Assembly: GCF_018350175.1 (NCBI RefSeq)
Contig: NC_058368.1
Span: 113,090,001-113,154,000 of the forward strand
Reading direction: 5' to 3'
Source: Felis catus
Lineage: Eukaryota
DNA length: 64,000 bases
Part shown: piece by piece, positions 49,132 to 61,999 of the stretch
How the letters are laid out: each line of letters begins with the position of its first letter
How positions within the stretch are numbered: the first letter of the stretch is position 1
Program-made: the position numbers and the translations under genes
The notes under the pieces: model-generated
The model's input: the letters and a program-made list of their open reading frames with translations, nothing else
Told to the model about the DNA's origin: nothing
The model's database searches: none

Positions 49132-50645
49132 GCTTACATGGTACATTTGTTGCAATTAATGAACTAATATTGATACAATACTGTTAACTAACTAAAAGGC
49201 CATACTCAATTCAGATTTCTTTAATTTTGCCTGAGGCCTTTCCAGGATCCCTTTCAGGATACCACATTACATTTATGTGTCCTCTCTCCTTAGGGTCCTC
49301 TTGACTGTGGAAGTTTCTTATGTTTTCCTTGTCTCGATGACCTTGACAGTTTGGGACTACTGGTCAAGTATTTTGTAGGATGCCCCTCAAAGAGGATTTA
49401 CCTGATGTTTTTCTTATAATTAGACTAGGCTTATGGGTTTGAGGGAGACAAAGTCCCACTTTCAACAGATCCTATCAAGGGTATATATAATCAACATAGC
49501 TTAGCCACTGTTGATGTTTATCTATCTTCATCTCTTGATTGGGATACTGTTCGTCGGGTTTTCCTCTGTGAAGGGAAAACTCTTGCCATACTCTTTGGGG
49601 GAAAGTCACTATGCAAAGCCCTCATTTCAGGAGTGGGGATTTATGCACTCCCCTCTTGAGAGTGTCTGCATAATTCATTTGGAAGTGTTCTGCAGGGGAA
49701 ATTTGCTCTTTTCCATCAACTCTTTGTTTATTCAGTCATTTATTTGTGTTGGCCGGGATTTGTGGATATTTATTTTCTACTTTGGGTTATAATCCTGTAG
49801 TACTTAATTTATTTTTGTTGTTCACTTTGTTCTGTCTTCGACCACTGGTAGCTCTTTGAGGTGGCTCCTGTGTCCTTCTGACAATGCCCCCATCATTTTA
49901 GGTTGGTTTTTTTTTTTTATTATTTTTTGGGCACTTTCTTACTTTTTGTCACATCAAGGTGCTACAGGCTCACCTTGTATAATTATTGACCAAATAGTAG
50001 AATCGGCCATTTCTCCCAGGAGTCCTGGTGTCTTTTCATGGAGAATGGTATTGCAGACCCAGATCTGGGTGTTGTTACTTCTCGGCCATCTCAGCCAACA
50101 GAGCGAGGAAACATATGCTTGTGTACTAAACCATGTGTATACACTTATCTGTAAATATTTCTACATGTAGCCTTCTGAACGTGTATCACTACTCATTTGT
50201 GCTGATGTCTTACCACAAGAATCAGTCCAGCCTCCCTGCCCCTCGCTTATCTGTAATCCCCAGTGAAACAGGGAGAAAACTGGCTGCCATTGTCCACTGC
50301 CCATTTATTTAAGCTTTCAATTCCAGTATCTGAATTATTCATATGGACCCATAAGAACCAATTTTGTCTGCTAGACTACAGAGCTTATGTACATTCCATT
50401 TGCCTTTAGACTTACAGACTCCAGTTATAGTCTCCAAAGTTACACAGCTTTCCCTCTCTTCCCCTTCAGTAAAGTAGTTTCAGATGTTTTTGATACAGTT
50501 AGATACTCTTGTCAGTCTTGAATTTTTCCCTGGCATTCCCTGACTTCTTAATTAAAAAAAATGCCTACATGAAGATTTACCCTTTACACTATAAAATTCT
50601 GTGGTCTTTGAAAATAATGTCATGTATCCACTATTATAGTATGTT

Positions 50646-50823
50646 TTTTTTTTTTGCAAGGTTATTTATTTATTTTGAGAGATGCAGAGACAGCGTGAGT
50701 TGGGGAGAGGGAGAAAGAGAGAAGGCGAGGGAGAGAGAGAAAGAGAGAGAGAGAGAGGGAGAGAATGAATCCCAAGCAGGCTCTGCACTGTCAGGGCAGA
50801 GCCCAATGTGGCACAGGTACCCC
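50646..50823 (-). mobile_element. Can-SINE with an internal deletion in the tRNA-like head
   Basis: gcccaatgtgg joins directly to cacaggtacccc. TSD tccactattatagtatgtt / tccactactacagtatctt. Confidence 0.85.
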
Positions 50824-51350
50824 TCCACTACTACAGTATCTTCGAGAATATTCACACTGCCCTAAGGGTTTGCTGTGTTTCACCTATTTAACCCTCTATC
50901 CCTCCCACCAGAACTCAGAAAACCATATTTATTCTTTGTCTTCTACAGAATGTCATGGTTGGAATCATACAGTTGTAGCTTTTTCAGGCGGGCGTCTCTT
51001 GCTTAGCAATATCCATTTAAGGTTCGTCCATATCTCTTCATGGCTTTATAGTTCATCTTCTTTTCTTGGTGAACAGTATTCCATTATGAACAAAACAGTT
51101 TGTTTATGCATTGACCTATTGAATGACATCTAGGTGGCTTCCAACTTACATTGATTATGAGTAAAGGCACTGTAAACATTGACTTGCAGGTTCTTCTGTA
51201 GACTGGACTTTTAAGTACATTAGGTAAAACTTAGAAGTGTGATTCCTGGATTGTATAATAAGAGTCTGTCTAGTTTAAAAAAAAAAAAAAAACCTGCCAA
51301 GCTTTTTTCCAAAGGGACAGTACTGTTTTTCATTTCCACCAGCAAGAATC

Positions 51351-51396
51351 CATCAAGAATCAGATGCTTAACTGACTGAGCCACCCAGGAGAGCCC
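51351..51396 (-). mobile_element. Can-SINE head-only remnant
   Basis: atcaagaatcagatgcttaactgactgagccacccaggagagccc. Confidence 0.85.
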
Positions 51397-51439
51397 ATGA
51401 ATCATGCTTTTTTGTATTGCATCTAAAAACTCATCATCA

Positions 51440-51567
51440 GGGCACCTGGATGGCTCAGTCAGTGATATGTCTGATTCCTGATTTTGGCTCAGATCATGAT
51501 CTGATGGTTCGTGAGTTTGAGCCCCACATCCAGCTCTGTGCTGACAGTGCAAATACTGTTTGGGATG

Positions 51568-51620
<53 letters not shown>

Positions 51621-51672
51621 ACTCCCCCTGCTCTCTCTCTCTCTCAAAAAAAAAAAAAAAACCTTAAAAAAA
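51440..51672 (+). mobile_element. Can-SINE (older subfamily)
   Basis: gggcacctggatggctcagtcag head, long (CT)n, A tail. TSD aaaaactcatcatca / taaacctcaccatca. Confidence 0.92.
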
Positions 51673-52414
51673 TAAACCTCACCATCAAATCCAATGTCAC
51701 CTAGATTTTCTACTATATATTCTTCTAGAAGTTTTATAGGTTTGCATTTTATATTTAGATCTACAACCCATGTTGGGTTAATTTTTGTGAATGGTACAAG
51801 GGTGTTCCTGAAAGCCTTTTCTTTTTCTTCATTTGGATATCCAGTTTTTCCAGAACCATGTATTGGAAAGACCATCTTTTCTCCACTGAATTGCCCTTGA
51901 TCCATAGATCAGTTGACTACATTTGTGTGGGTCGATTTCTGTGCTCTATTGTTTGTTGACGTATGTGGCTTTCATTTCACCAATGCCATGCCGTCTTGAC
52001 TATGGTAGCATTAAATATACATAGCTTGAAGTACTTTTGTAAGTTCTGGAGTGCCAGTTCTCCAAGTATATTCCTCAGTATCTTATTGGGTGTCTTAGGC
52101 CTTTTGCCTTTTCACATAAACTTTGAATAAGTTCGTCAATATCTATCATACAGTTTGCCCAGATTTTTATTGATATCGCATTGAATCTTCAGAGGAAATC
52201 TTGGGGAGAATTGACATTTTAAACTATTGAGTCTTTCTATCCATGAGTACAGAATGTCTCTCCATTTATTTTGATCTTATTTTATTTCTCTTTCCAGAGT
52301 TTTATAGTTTTCTGAAGCATATAGACCTTGTACATACTTTGTTACATTTATAACTATATAGTTCATTTTTTGTACTATTATAAATGGTATTGTGCTTTTA
52401 AATTTTAAAATTCC

Positions 52415-52445
52415 TATTCTTCATAGAAATTGAGAGATTACATTG

Positions 52446-52491
<46 letters not shown>

Positions 52492-52916
52492 TACAGAGAC
52501 ATGAGATTTTAAGGAATTGGCTCACAAAACTGTGGGGCTGGCAAATCCAAAATCTGTAGGGCAAGCTGGTAGGCTAGAAATTCAGGTAAGAGTTAATGTT
52601 GAAATCTGAGTCCAACATTTGCAGGGCAAAGCAGGCAAGCTGGAAACTCAGGCAGAGTTTCTGTGTTGCAATCTCGAGACTAAATTCCTTTTTTTTTTTT
52701 AGGAAATCTCAGTGTGTGCTCTTTAGGCCTTCGCCTGATTGCATGAAGTCCACTCACATTATGGAGAGTAATCTGCTTTATTCAAAGTCTACTATTGATG
52801 TAAATGTTAATCATATCTAAAAAAAAATACTTTCATAGCAGCATCTAGACTAGTGTTTGATCAAACACCTGGGCACTTAAGCCTAGCTAAGGTGACATAT
52901 AACATTAACCGTCATA
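52415..52916 (-). mobile_element. ERVL solo LTR (MLT2D-like)
   Basis: (TG)(AG) tract, aaggaattggctcac, gattgcatgaagtccactcacattatggagagtaatctgctttattcaaagtctact, ...acatataacattaaccgtcata. Confidence 0.88.
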
Positions 52917-53947
52917 TTAGTGGCCCTTTGATTCTGTTTTCTGGAAGAGATTGTAGAGAATTGATATAATCTCATTCTTAAATGCTTGATAGAATTCACC
53001 AATGAAACCATATGGGCCTGACGCTTTTATTTTAGTAACATTATTAGGTACTGATTTTATTTTATTAGTAGATATAGGCCTTTTTAGATTGTTAGCTTCT
53101 CCATGAGTGAGTTTTAATAGTTTGTGTCTGTCAAAGAATCGATCCATTTCACCTAAGTTCTCATATCTGTAGGCATACAGTTGTTCATAGGACTCTTATA
53201 TTATTCTTATTTATGTCCTTGAGATCTATAGTGATGATCTCTCTATCATGTCTGACATTAGTAATTTATGTTTCTCTTTTTTCTTGGTTAGTCAAATCCA
53301 TTGTTTTCTCTCTACACAATTTCATTGACTTCTGCTCTAATTTTTATTATTTCTTCTTCTTGCTTTAGGCTTGATTTATGTTTTCTCTCTCTTTTTTTAA
53401 AGTGGAACTTCAGATAGATTATTGATTTTAGATCTTTATTCTTTTCTAATATATACATTTTGATGCTATAAATTTTCCTCTAAACACTGCTTTTGCTGTA
53501 TCTCACAAATTTTGCTGTTAAATTTCGATTTTCATTTAGTTTAAAATATTTTTAAACTTCCCTTGAGTCTTCTTTGATCCACTTATTATTTAGAAACATG
53601 TTGTTTAATCGCCAAATATTTGAGGATTATCCAACTATCATTTTATTATTGATTTCTAGTTTAATTTCATTGTGGTCCGAAAATAGAGTTGGTATAATTT
53701 CAATTCTTTTAAGTTTGTTAGGTTTTATGGCCCAGAATGTGGTCTGTCTTGGTGAATGTTCCAAGTGACCTTGATAACAATATATATTCTGCTCATGTTG
53801 GATGAAGTATTCTATAAATGTCAATCCGATCCAGTTGATAGATGGTGCTGTTTATTTCCAGTATATTCCTACTGATTTTTGCTTCGTAGATTAGTAGTTT
53901 ACTGATACAGGGTTATTGAATTTATGATTATCATAATAGATTTATTT

Positions 53948-54121
53948 CTTTAATGTTTATTTAGTCTTGAGGAGAGAGGCAGAGAGACACAGAATCCAAA
54001 GCAGGCTCCAGGCTTTGAGCTGACAGCACAGAGCCTGACGTGGAGCTTGAACTCTGGGACCAGGAGATCATGACCTGAGCTGAAGTCAGATGTTTAACCG
54101 ACTGAGCCACCCAGGCGCCCC
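53948..54121 (-). mobile_element. Can-SINE
   Basis: Perfect TSD cataatagatttattt at 53932-53947 and 54122-54137. Confidence 0.94.
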
Positions 54122-55984
54122 CATAATAGATTTATTTATTTCTCCTTATAATGCTATTATTTTCTGCCTTATGTAATAATTATGCAAAATAATTCTATTG
54201 TTTTTTGCATTACATATTTTGATTCTCTGTTCTCAGATGCATATACGTTAGAGGTTATGACTTTTTAGAGAATTGAGCCTTTATTATTATCTTTATCCCT
54301 GATAATTATTTATCCCTGATAATTTTCTTACCCTGAAGTATGCTTTGTCTGAAATTAATATAGCTAATTCACATTCTTTTTAAACATAGTCTTAGTATGG
54401 CATATCTTTCTCCACTCCCTTACTTTTAATGTATCTGTACCTTTATGTTTTAAGTGGGTTTCTTGTAGACAACATACAATTGGGTTTTGATTTTTAATCT
54501 GCTCTGACAATTTTTGCCTTTTAATTGATGTATTTAGACTATTCACCTTAAAGGTAACTATTGATCTAGTTGCACGATTTTTACTAGGGTTGCAAACTGT
54601 TTTCATTGCACTGTTCTGTTTCTTGTCTGATCTTCCTTTTTCCTTGCCTTTTCTGTTTTTAAATGAGCACCTTATATACTTCTATATCCTTTTCCTCTCT
54701 TGTCATATTAAGTCTATTTCTCTTCCCAGAAAACTTAGTGGTTTCCCTAAAGATGTAAATCTATATTACAACTAACTAAGGCCACTTCCAAATAAAATTG
54801 TACTGTTTCTCAGATGGTACCTGATAACATAGAACTCCCCGTTCTTCCTTCTCATCCCTTAGAAAAGTGCTGTCATTCCTTTTACTTATCTACATGATAT
54901 AATCATGTATACATGGTTATTCTCATCTTGAGCAGTTATCTGTAAGATTAATTTAGAATAAATAAGATTTGTTTTCATTTATTCATTCTCTGATGCTTTG
55001 CCTTCCTTATGTAGGTCCTTACGTCTGAGCTGTATCATTTTCCTCATCCCTGAAGAACTTCTTTTAACATTTCTTTTAAGGCTGGTTTGCTGGTGATGAA
55101 TTCCCACAGTTATTGTTTGTTTGAGAGTGATTTTTCTCACTTTTGAAGGCTGATTTTACTGAATATAGAATTCTAGGGCAGTATTTTTTTTTTCTTTCAG
55201 CACTTAAAATATTTTACTCCACTGTCTTCCTTATATGGTTACTTATGAGAAATCTGCTACATTTTTTTTTTTTCCTTTTCCCTCTAAAGATACGGTGCTT
55301 TTAGCTCTGGCTTATTTCAACATTTTTCTCTTTGTGTTTGATTTCCTGAAATTTGAGTGTGATATGCCTTGGTGTAGAATTTTTATATTTATTTTGTTTG
55401 GTGTTCTCTCAGCTTTCTGGATCTATGGTTTTGTGTCTGTCATTAATTGTAGAAACTTCTCAGCCTTATTACTTCTGTATTTACTCTGCTTTATATTCCT
55501 TCTGTTCCTTTTGGTATTCCAATTAAGTACATGTTAAACCTTTAAAAATTATCCCACAGTTATTGGATATTATTTTTAATTTTTATTCCTTTCTTTTTTT
55601 TTTTTTTTTGTATTTCAGTGTAGGAATTTACTATTGACTTACCTTTAGACTCACTGATATTTTCCTCTGCTGTGTCTAATCTATCAGACCCAAAAGCATT
55701 AATCAAGGGCATTTTTTCTTCTGTTGCCATGTTTTCATTTCTAGCGTTTCTTTTTGATTCTTTCTTAAAGTTTCCACCTTTCCACCTCCATTACCCATCT
55801 GTTCTTGCATGTTGTCTACCTTTATCGTTAGAGGATTTAACAGATTAATCATAGTTATTTTGAATTTGTCGTCTGATAACATCTAGTCTGATAAAATTTA
55901 TAGTCTGACAAAATCCGTGTCATTTGAATCTGATTCTCTTCACATGCTGTTTTTTCTTGCCTCTTAGCATGACTTGTAATTTTC

Positions 55985-56173
55985 TTTTTCTTTTTTTTTT
56001 TTTTGTTGTTGTTGAAACTTTTTGGTTCTTTTTATTTTTTTGTTACTTTTTAAAAAAAATATAAATTATTGTCAAGTTAGCTAACATACAGTGTATACAG
56101 TGTGCTCTTGGTTTCGGGAGTAGATTCCCAGGATTCATCACTTAGATACAACACCCAGTGCTCATCCCAACAT
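55985..56173 (-). mobile_element. Very short 5'-truncated carnivore/felid L1 3' end
   Basis: ttattgtcaagttagctaacatacagtgtatacag...acaacacccagtgctcatcccaaca. Perfect TSD tgacttgtaattttc at 55970-55984 and 56174-56188. Confidence 0.9.
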
Positions 56174-56727
56174 TGACTTGTAATTTTCATTGAAAGCTGA
56201 ATATTGATATATCGGGCAATAAAAACTGAGGTAAATAGGCCTTTGGTATGAGGCTTTATATCAATCTGGCTAGAGTTGGACATATTTAGTATACAGTATA
56301 GCTGTGGGTGCCAGGGGCTTCAAATTACTCTATTATCTTTGCCTCCCGCCCATCTACCCCTATTGTCTTTGGCTTTTTCTAAGAATTCCTTAAAAAGAGT
56401 TACACCTTATAATTGTTTGAGTTGCATTCCACTTTTAATATACTGGAGCACTGTTGATGTGATGGTAAGGAGTAGGAGAGGGAAAATGTTCTATAATCAT
56501 ACAGTAAGCTCTCAGTCTTTAGTGTGTCTGTGTCCCTGGGCTGTGACCCTCACAGGTGTTTCTTAGTTTCACCTCCCACATCTTCAGGTGAGTCAGAAAG
56601 GCAAAACAGGGCTGAAGTGGAGTACCTGCCCTTCTAACTTCTGCCTCAGTGAGATAAGTCACCAATATAGTCTTTTATACTGGTTACGAGTAGGCATTGT
56701 TATAGAGGGAGCCCCAAGTGCATTTCA

Positions 56728-56940
56728 TTTTTTTTTTAATATTTATTTATTTTTGAGACCGAGAGAGACAGAGCATGAATGGGGGAGAGTCAGAGAGAGA
56801 GGGAGACACAGAATCCGAAGCAGGCTCCAGGCTCTGAGCTGTCAGCACAGAGCCCGACGCAGGGTTCGAACTCACAGACCATGAGATCATGACCTGAGCA
56901 GAAGTTGGACACTCAACCGACTGAGCCACCCAGGCGGCCC
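56728..56940 (-). mobile_element. Can-SINE
   Basis: Perfect TSD gccccaagtgcatttca at 56711-56727 and 56941-56957. Confidence 0.97.
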
Positions 56941-57016
56941 GCCCCAAGTGCATTTCAAAGTGTTTACTTTTCCCTCCTAAAAGAACAAGGAGGTATTTTT
57001 TGTTTTGTTTTTGTTT

Positions 57017-57026
57017 TTATTATTTA

Positions 57027-57064
<38 letters not shown>
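57017..57064. repeat. (TTA)n trinucleotide microsatellite
   Basis: Directly visible. Confidence 0.93.
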
Positions 57065-57869
57065 GGGCTCTTCATCGTGAGAACTTGGTAGTTAACTGAA
57101 GTTAAAACCCACAAAAGTATAGCCTACCCAAGAAAGTAGCCCCCAGGGTCTTCTCCCTCTGAAATTAGCCCACATTCAGCCTCATGATCAAAATTATCAT
57201 TCAAATATTCCTACCAGTCTATGGATCCAGAGGCTTCAATGCTAGGGAAGTAGAATCCCCTGAACTCCTGCAGCATCCTGGTTGTGATTCCCTGAATTTG
57301 AGGGAGGTGATTTGCGTTGCAACCTTAATTCTCTGATGAGTCCAACGAAAGTCACTGATACTCAGTTTGTTCAGCTTTTGTTGCTGTTGTACGGATGGGA
57401 GTGAAGACTTCCAAGGTATTTACATGTTGGCTCTGAAACCGGAAGACCTTGGGATAATGAGAGGAGGAAGTGAGTCGCAGAGGGATGCAGATTCCTAATT
57501 TTGATTGGTAGTCCCAAAAAGGATTTTCAGCTGTGTCTTACTTTTTCCTTCATTGAATGAAGGAAGCTATGAACATATAAGCTGTTGATGTTCAACCATA
57601 GATATAGTATTTAGACTTCTCTTTACCCAATTGGAGGCAACTAAACGTCGGAGAAGGCAGCTTTTGTAGAATTTCTCAGACGGGCACAGAGACAGAGTGA
57701 ACTGCTCGTGATATCCGTGTCCTATTATGTGCTCTAGCAGATGGCACAGAGCTGGAAAACAGAATGTTGTCATTTGCTGGCATTTTTTTCTCTTAATGAG
57801 CCAAGAGAATTTTATTTACTAATTGTTAATGTTTGTATCATTTGCTTTATCTTTATATATAGACAGGTA

Positions 57870-58620
57870 CTTTTTTTCTGAATCATTTGAGAGTTAGTTG
57901 CAGACATCTTAATACTTCTGTATGAATTCTCCTGAATAATTACAAGACAATAACTGCACTCAGAAAATTTAATTTATATTTAATATGATTAATATTCAAC
58001 TTATTTCAAATTTTCCCAGTTTTCCCCCAAAGGGCATTCATTGTAATGTTTTGATCCATTATTCCGTCACAGACAATGACTTTCATTTAGTTGGTATATA
58101 TCTTTAGTTTTCTTCAATCTGGGATAATTGTCCAAACTCTTTGTGAGGTTTTTTTTTTTAATGGTATTAACATTTTTAAAGAATCCAGAATGTTTTTCTT
58201 TTCAGAGTGTCCCTGAATTTGGATTTGCCTGTTTTCTGATTATTCACTTAAGGTTAAGCATCTCAGGTGGGAATACTGAACTGGTTATGTTGTATTCCTT
58301 TAAGGAATTATTTCAGGGGACACAGTATGTCAGTTTTTCCCTCCATTGGTGACATTACGTTTGATCACCTTCTTTCAGGTGGTATCTTCCAGTGTTTTCC
58401 ATGCTAAAGAAATCTTTTCTAATTGTAATTAATAATCTGTGGTGAGGCATTTTGAGATGTTGTGCATATTCAGTTCCTAACATTTTTTCCCTCAATAGTA
58501 TAAGCATCTTTGATGTTTCCTGCCTAAATTAATTTTTACTCTTGGGCTAAAGAATGGCAGTGATTTTTCCATCATTTCTTCTGTTTTTATTACTTGACAT
58601 TCTTCTCTAAAATAGAGATT
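57870..58620 (-). mobile_element. Ancient L1MC5/L1ME-type 3' region
   Basis: ttttctgaatcatttgagagttagttgcagacatc...catttagttggtatatatctttagttttcttcaatctggga...ttggtgacattacgtttgatcac. Confidence 0.7.
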
Positions 58621-58864
58621 ATATCTGCCCTATATATTTTTATTTTTAAATTTTAATTCCAGTACAGTTAACATACAGTATTATATTAGTTTTAGATATA
58701 CAATAGAGTGATTCAGCAGTTCTATACATTGCTCAGTGCTCATCATAAGTGTACTCTTAATCCCCTTCACCTATTTCACCCATTCCCCTACCCACTTCTC
58801 TGGTAACCACTAGTCAGTTCTCTATAGTTAAGTCTGTTTCTCAGTTTGTCTGTCTGTCTGTCTG

Positions 58865-58895
<31 letters not shown>

Positions 58896-59827
58896 TTTTA
58901 CTGCTGATTGGTTTTATTTCTTAAATTCCATGTATGAGTGATATCATATGGTATTGATCTTTCTCTGACTTGTTTTGTTTACCATCATACTCTCTAGTTC
59001 CATCCATGTTGTTGCAAATGACAAGATTTCATTCTTTTTATGTCTGAATAACGTTCCATTGTATACTCACATCTTCTTTGTCCATTTGTCTCTCAGTGGA
59101 CACTTGGGGTGCTTCTATAATTTGGCTATTGTAAATAATGCTGCACTAAACATAGGGGTGCAAGTATCCCTTTGAATTAGTGTTTTTGTGTTTTAGGGGT
59201 GAATATCCAGTAGTGTGATTACTAGATCATAGGGGTAGTTTTATTTTTAATGTTTTGAGGAACCTCCATACTGTCTTCCACAGTGGCTGTACCAGTTTGC
59301 ATTCTCACCAAGAGTGTAAGTATCCTTGCCAATGCTTATTGTTTCTTGTGTTGTTGATTTTAGCTGTTCTGACCGGTGTGAGATGATATGCCGTTGTCGT
59401 TTTGATTTGCATTTCCTGGATGATGATGATATTGAGCATCTTTTCATGTGTCTGTTGATGATCTGGTATGTTTCTTAGAGAAATATCTGTTCATTTCTTA
59501 TGCCTATTTTTTAATTGGGTTACTTATTTTGGGGGTATTGAGTTATATCAGTTCTTTATATGTTTTGGATACTAATCCTTTATTGAATATGTCATTTGCA
59601 AATATCTTCTCCCATTCCAAAGGTTGCTGTCTCGGCTTTGTGATTGTTTCTTTCACTGTGCAGAAGTTTTTTGTTTTGATGTAGTCCAAATAGATTATTT
59701 TTGCTTTTGCTTCCCTTGCCTCAGGATACATACGAGAATAATGTTGTTATAGCTGATGTCAGAGAAATTACTGCCTGTGCTCTTTTCTAGACTTTTTATG
59801 GTTTCAGGTCTCATGTTTAGGTCTTTA

Positions 59828-60043
59828 TTTTTTTTTTCAACGTTTATTTATTTTTGGGACAGAGAGAGAGACAGAGCATGAACGGGGGAGGGGCAGAGAA
59901 AGAGGAAGACACAGAATCGGAAACAGGCTCCAGGCTCTGAGCCATCAGACCAGATGCCTCACGCGGGGCTCGAACTCACGGACTGCGAGATCGTGACCTG
60001 GCTGAAGTCGGACGCTTAACCGACTGCGCCACCCAGGTGCCCC
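59828..60043 (-). mobile_element. Can-SINE (young SINEC_Fc type) inside L1
   Basis: TSD tcatgtttaggtcttta (59811-59827) / tcacgtttaggtcttta (60044-60060). Confidence 0.96.
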
Positions 60044-61333
60044 TCACGTTTAGGTCTTTAATCCATTTGGGCTTACTTTTGTGTATGGTATGAGAAAGTG
60101 GACCAGTTTCATTCATTTGCATGTAATTGTCCAGTTTTCCCACTACCTTTTGTGAAAGAGACTTTTTCCCATTGCATATTCTTTCCTCTTTTGTCAAAGA
60201 TCAATTGGTCATATAATTGTGGGTTTATTTCTGGGTTTTTCTATTCTGTTCTATTGATCTATACGTCTATTTTTATACCAATATCATAGTATTTTAATTG
60301 CTACAGCTTTATAATTTAACTTGATGTCTGAAATTGTAATTTCTCCAGTGTTGTTTTTCTTTTTCAAGATCGTTTTGGCTATATGGGGTCTTCTACGGTT
60401 CCATACAAATTTTAGAGTTATTTGTTTTAGCTCTGTTAAAAAATGCTATTTGATAGAGATTGCGTTAAATCTGTAAATGGCTTTGGGTAGTATAGGTGTT
60501 TTAACAATATTTGTTCTTCCAGTCCATGAGCATGGAATACCTGTCTATTTCTTTGTGTCATCTGTGTTGTATAGTTTTCAGAGTATAGGTCTTTCACCTC
60601 TTTGGTTAAGTTTAAACATAGGCATGTTTTTATTTTTGGTGCAGTTATAAATGGGATTGTTTTCTCATTTGATTTTTCTGCTGCTTCATTTTTAGTGCAT
60701 AGAAATGCAACTGATTTCTGGACATTGACTTTGTATCCTTTGACTTTATTAAATTCATTTAATTAGTTCTAGTAGATTTTTGGTAAAGTCTTTAGGGTTT
60801 TCTGTATATAGTGTCATGTCATCTGCACATAATGAAATTTTTACTTCTTCCTTACCAATTTGGATGCCTTTTATTTCTTTTTGTTATCTGATTGCCGTGG
60901 CTAGGACATCCAGTACTCTGTTGAATGAAAGTGGTGAGAATGAAAATCCTTGCCTTGTTCTTGACCTTAGCGGAAAAGCTCTTAGGTTACCCCATTGAGT
61001 GTGATGTACTGTGGGTTTTTCATATATGGCCTTTACCATGTTGAGGTATATTCCTCTAATCCTACTTTGTTGAGGGTTTTTATCATGAATAGATGTTATT
61101 CTTTGTCACATACTTTTTCTGCATCTCTTAAAGTGATTCTCTGGTTCTTATCCTTACCCTTATTGATGTGATGTATTATAATGATTGATTTGCAAGTATT
61201 GAACAATTCTTGCATTCCAGGAATAAATTTCACTTTATTGTGGTGAATGTTTTTTTTAATGCATTGTTGGATTTGGTTTGCTAGTATTGTTGAGGATTTT
61301 TGCATCTATGTTCATCAGAGATATTGGCCTATA

Positions 61334-61375
<42 letters not shown>

Positions 61376-61456
61376 CCTCTTTTATTGTGGTGTCTTTATC
61401 TGGTTTTGGTATCAGGGTAATCCTGACCTCACAGAATGAATTTGAAAGTTTTCCTT

Positions 61457-61999
61457 AGCACTGCTAAGAATTACCCAAGGGTTACAGGAGTACTGATGCA
61501 TAGGGGCACTTGTACCCCAATGTTTATAGCAGCACTCTCAACAATAGCCAAATTCTGGAAAGAGCCTAAATGTCCATCAACTGATGAATGGATAAAAAAA
61601 TTGTGGTTTATATACACAATGGAGTACTACGTGGCAATGAGAAAGAATGAAATATGGCCCTTTCTAGCAATATGGATGGAACTGGAGAGTGTTATGCTAA
61701 GTGAAATAAGCCATACAGAGAAAGACAGATACCATATGGTTTCACTCTTATGTGGATCCTGAGAAACTTAACAGAAACCCATGGGGGAGGAGAAGGAAAA
61801 GAAAAAAAAAGAGGTTAGAGTGGAAGAGAGCCAAAGCATAAGAGACTCTTAAAAACTGAGAACAAACTGAGGGTTGATGGGTGGTGGGAGGGAGGGGAGG
61901 GTGGGTGATAGGTCTTGAGGAGGGCACCTTTTGGGACGAGCACTGGGTGCTGTATGGAAACCAATTTGACAATAAACTTCATATATTGAAAAAAAAAAA
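61457..61999 (+). mobile_element. 5'-truncated young felid L1 inserted antisense into the older L1
   Basis: ORF2 C-terminus ([16 protein letters not shown]...YHMVSLLCGS), G-rich 3'UTR, aataaa, A tail. Perfect TSD gaaagttttcctt at 61444-61456 and 62000-62012. Confidence 0.96.

Larger units (their letters stand above)
48935..57448 (-). mobile_element. Near-full-length ancient eutherian L1 (L1MC/L1MD type) with internal deletions and younger insertions
   Basis: Long 3'UTR from aatagactttatttttaagaacaggtttagat. ORF2 remnants (KASGPYGFIGEFYQAFK; FSDHNEIKLEIN; VCCLQETHLK). ORF1-like text at about 55000-55950. 5' terminus reads cttccggtttcagagccaacatgtaaataccttggaagtcttcactcc on minus. Confidence 0.85.

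Noticed and set aside
55868..55912. Three short repeats of gtctgat/caa with short spacers (also the 16-bp duplication at 54292-54324)
   Set aside because: Slippage-type micro-duplications inside an old L1; too short and irregular for any array such as CRISPR.
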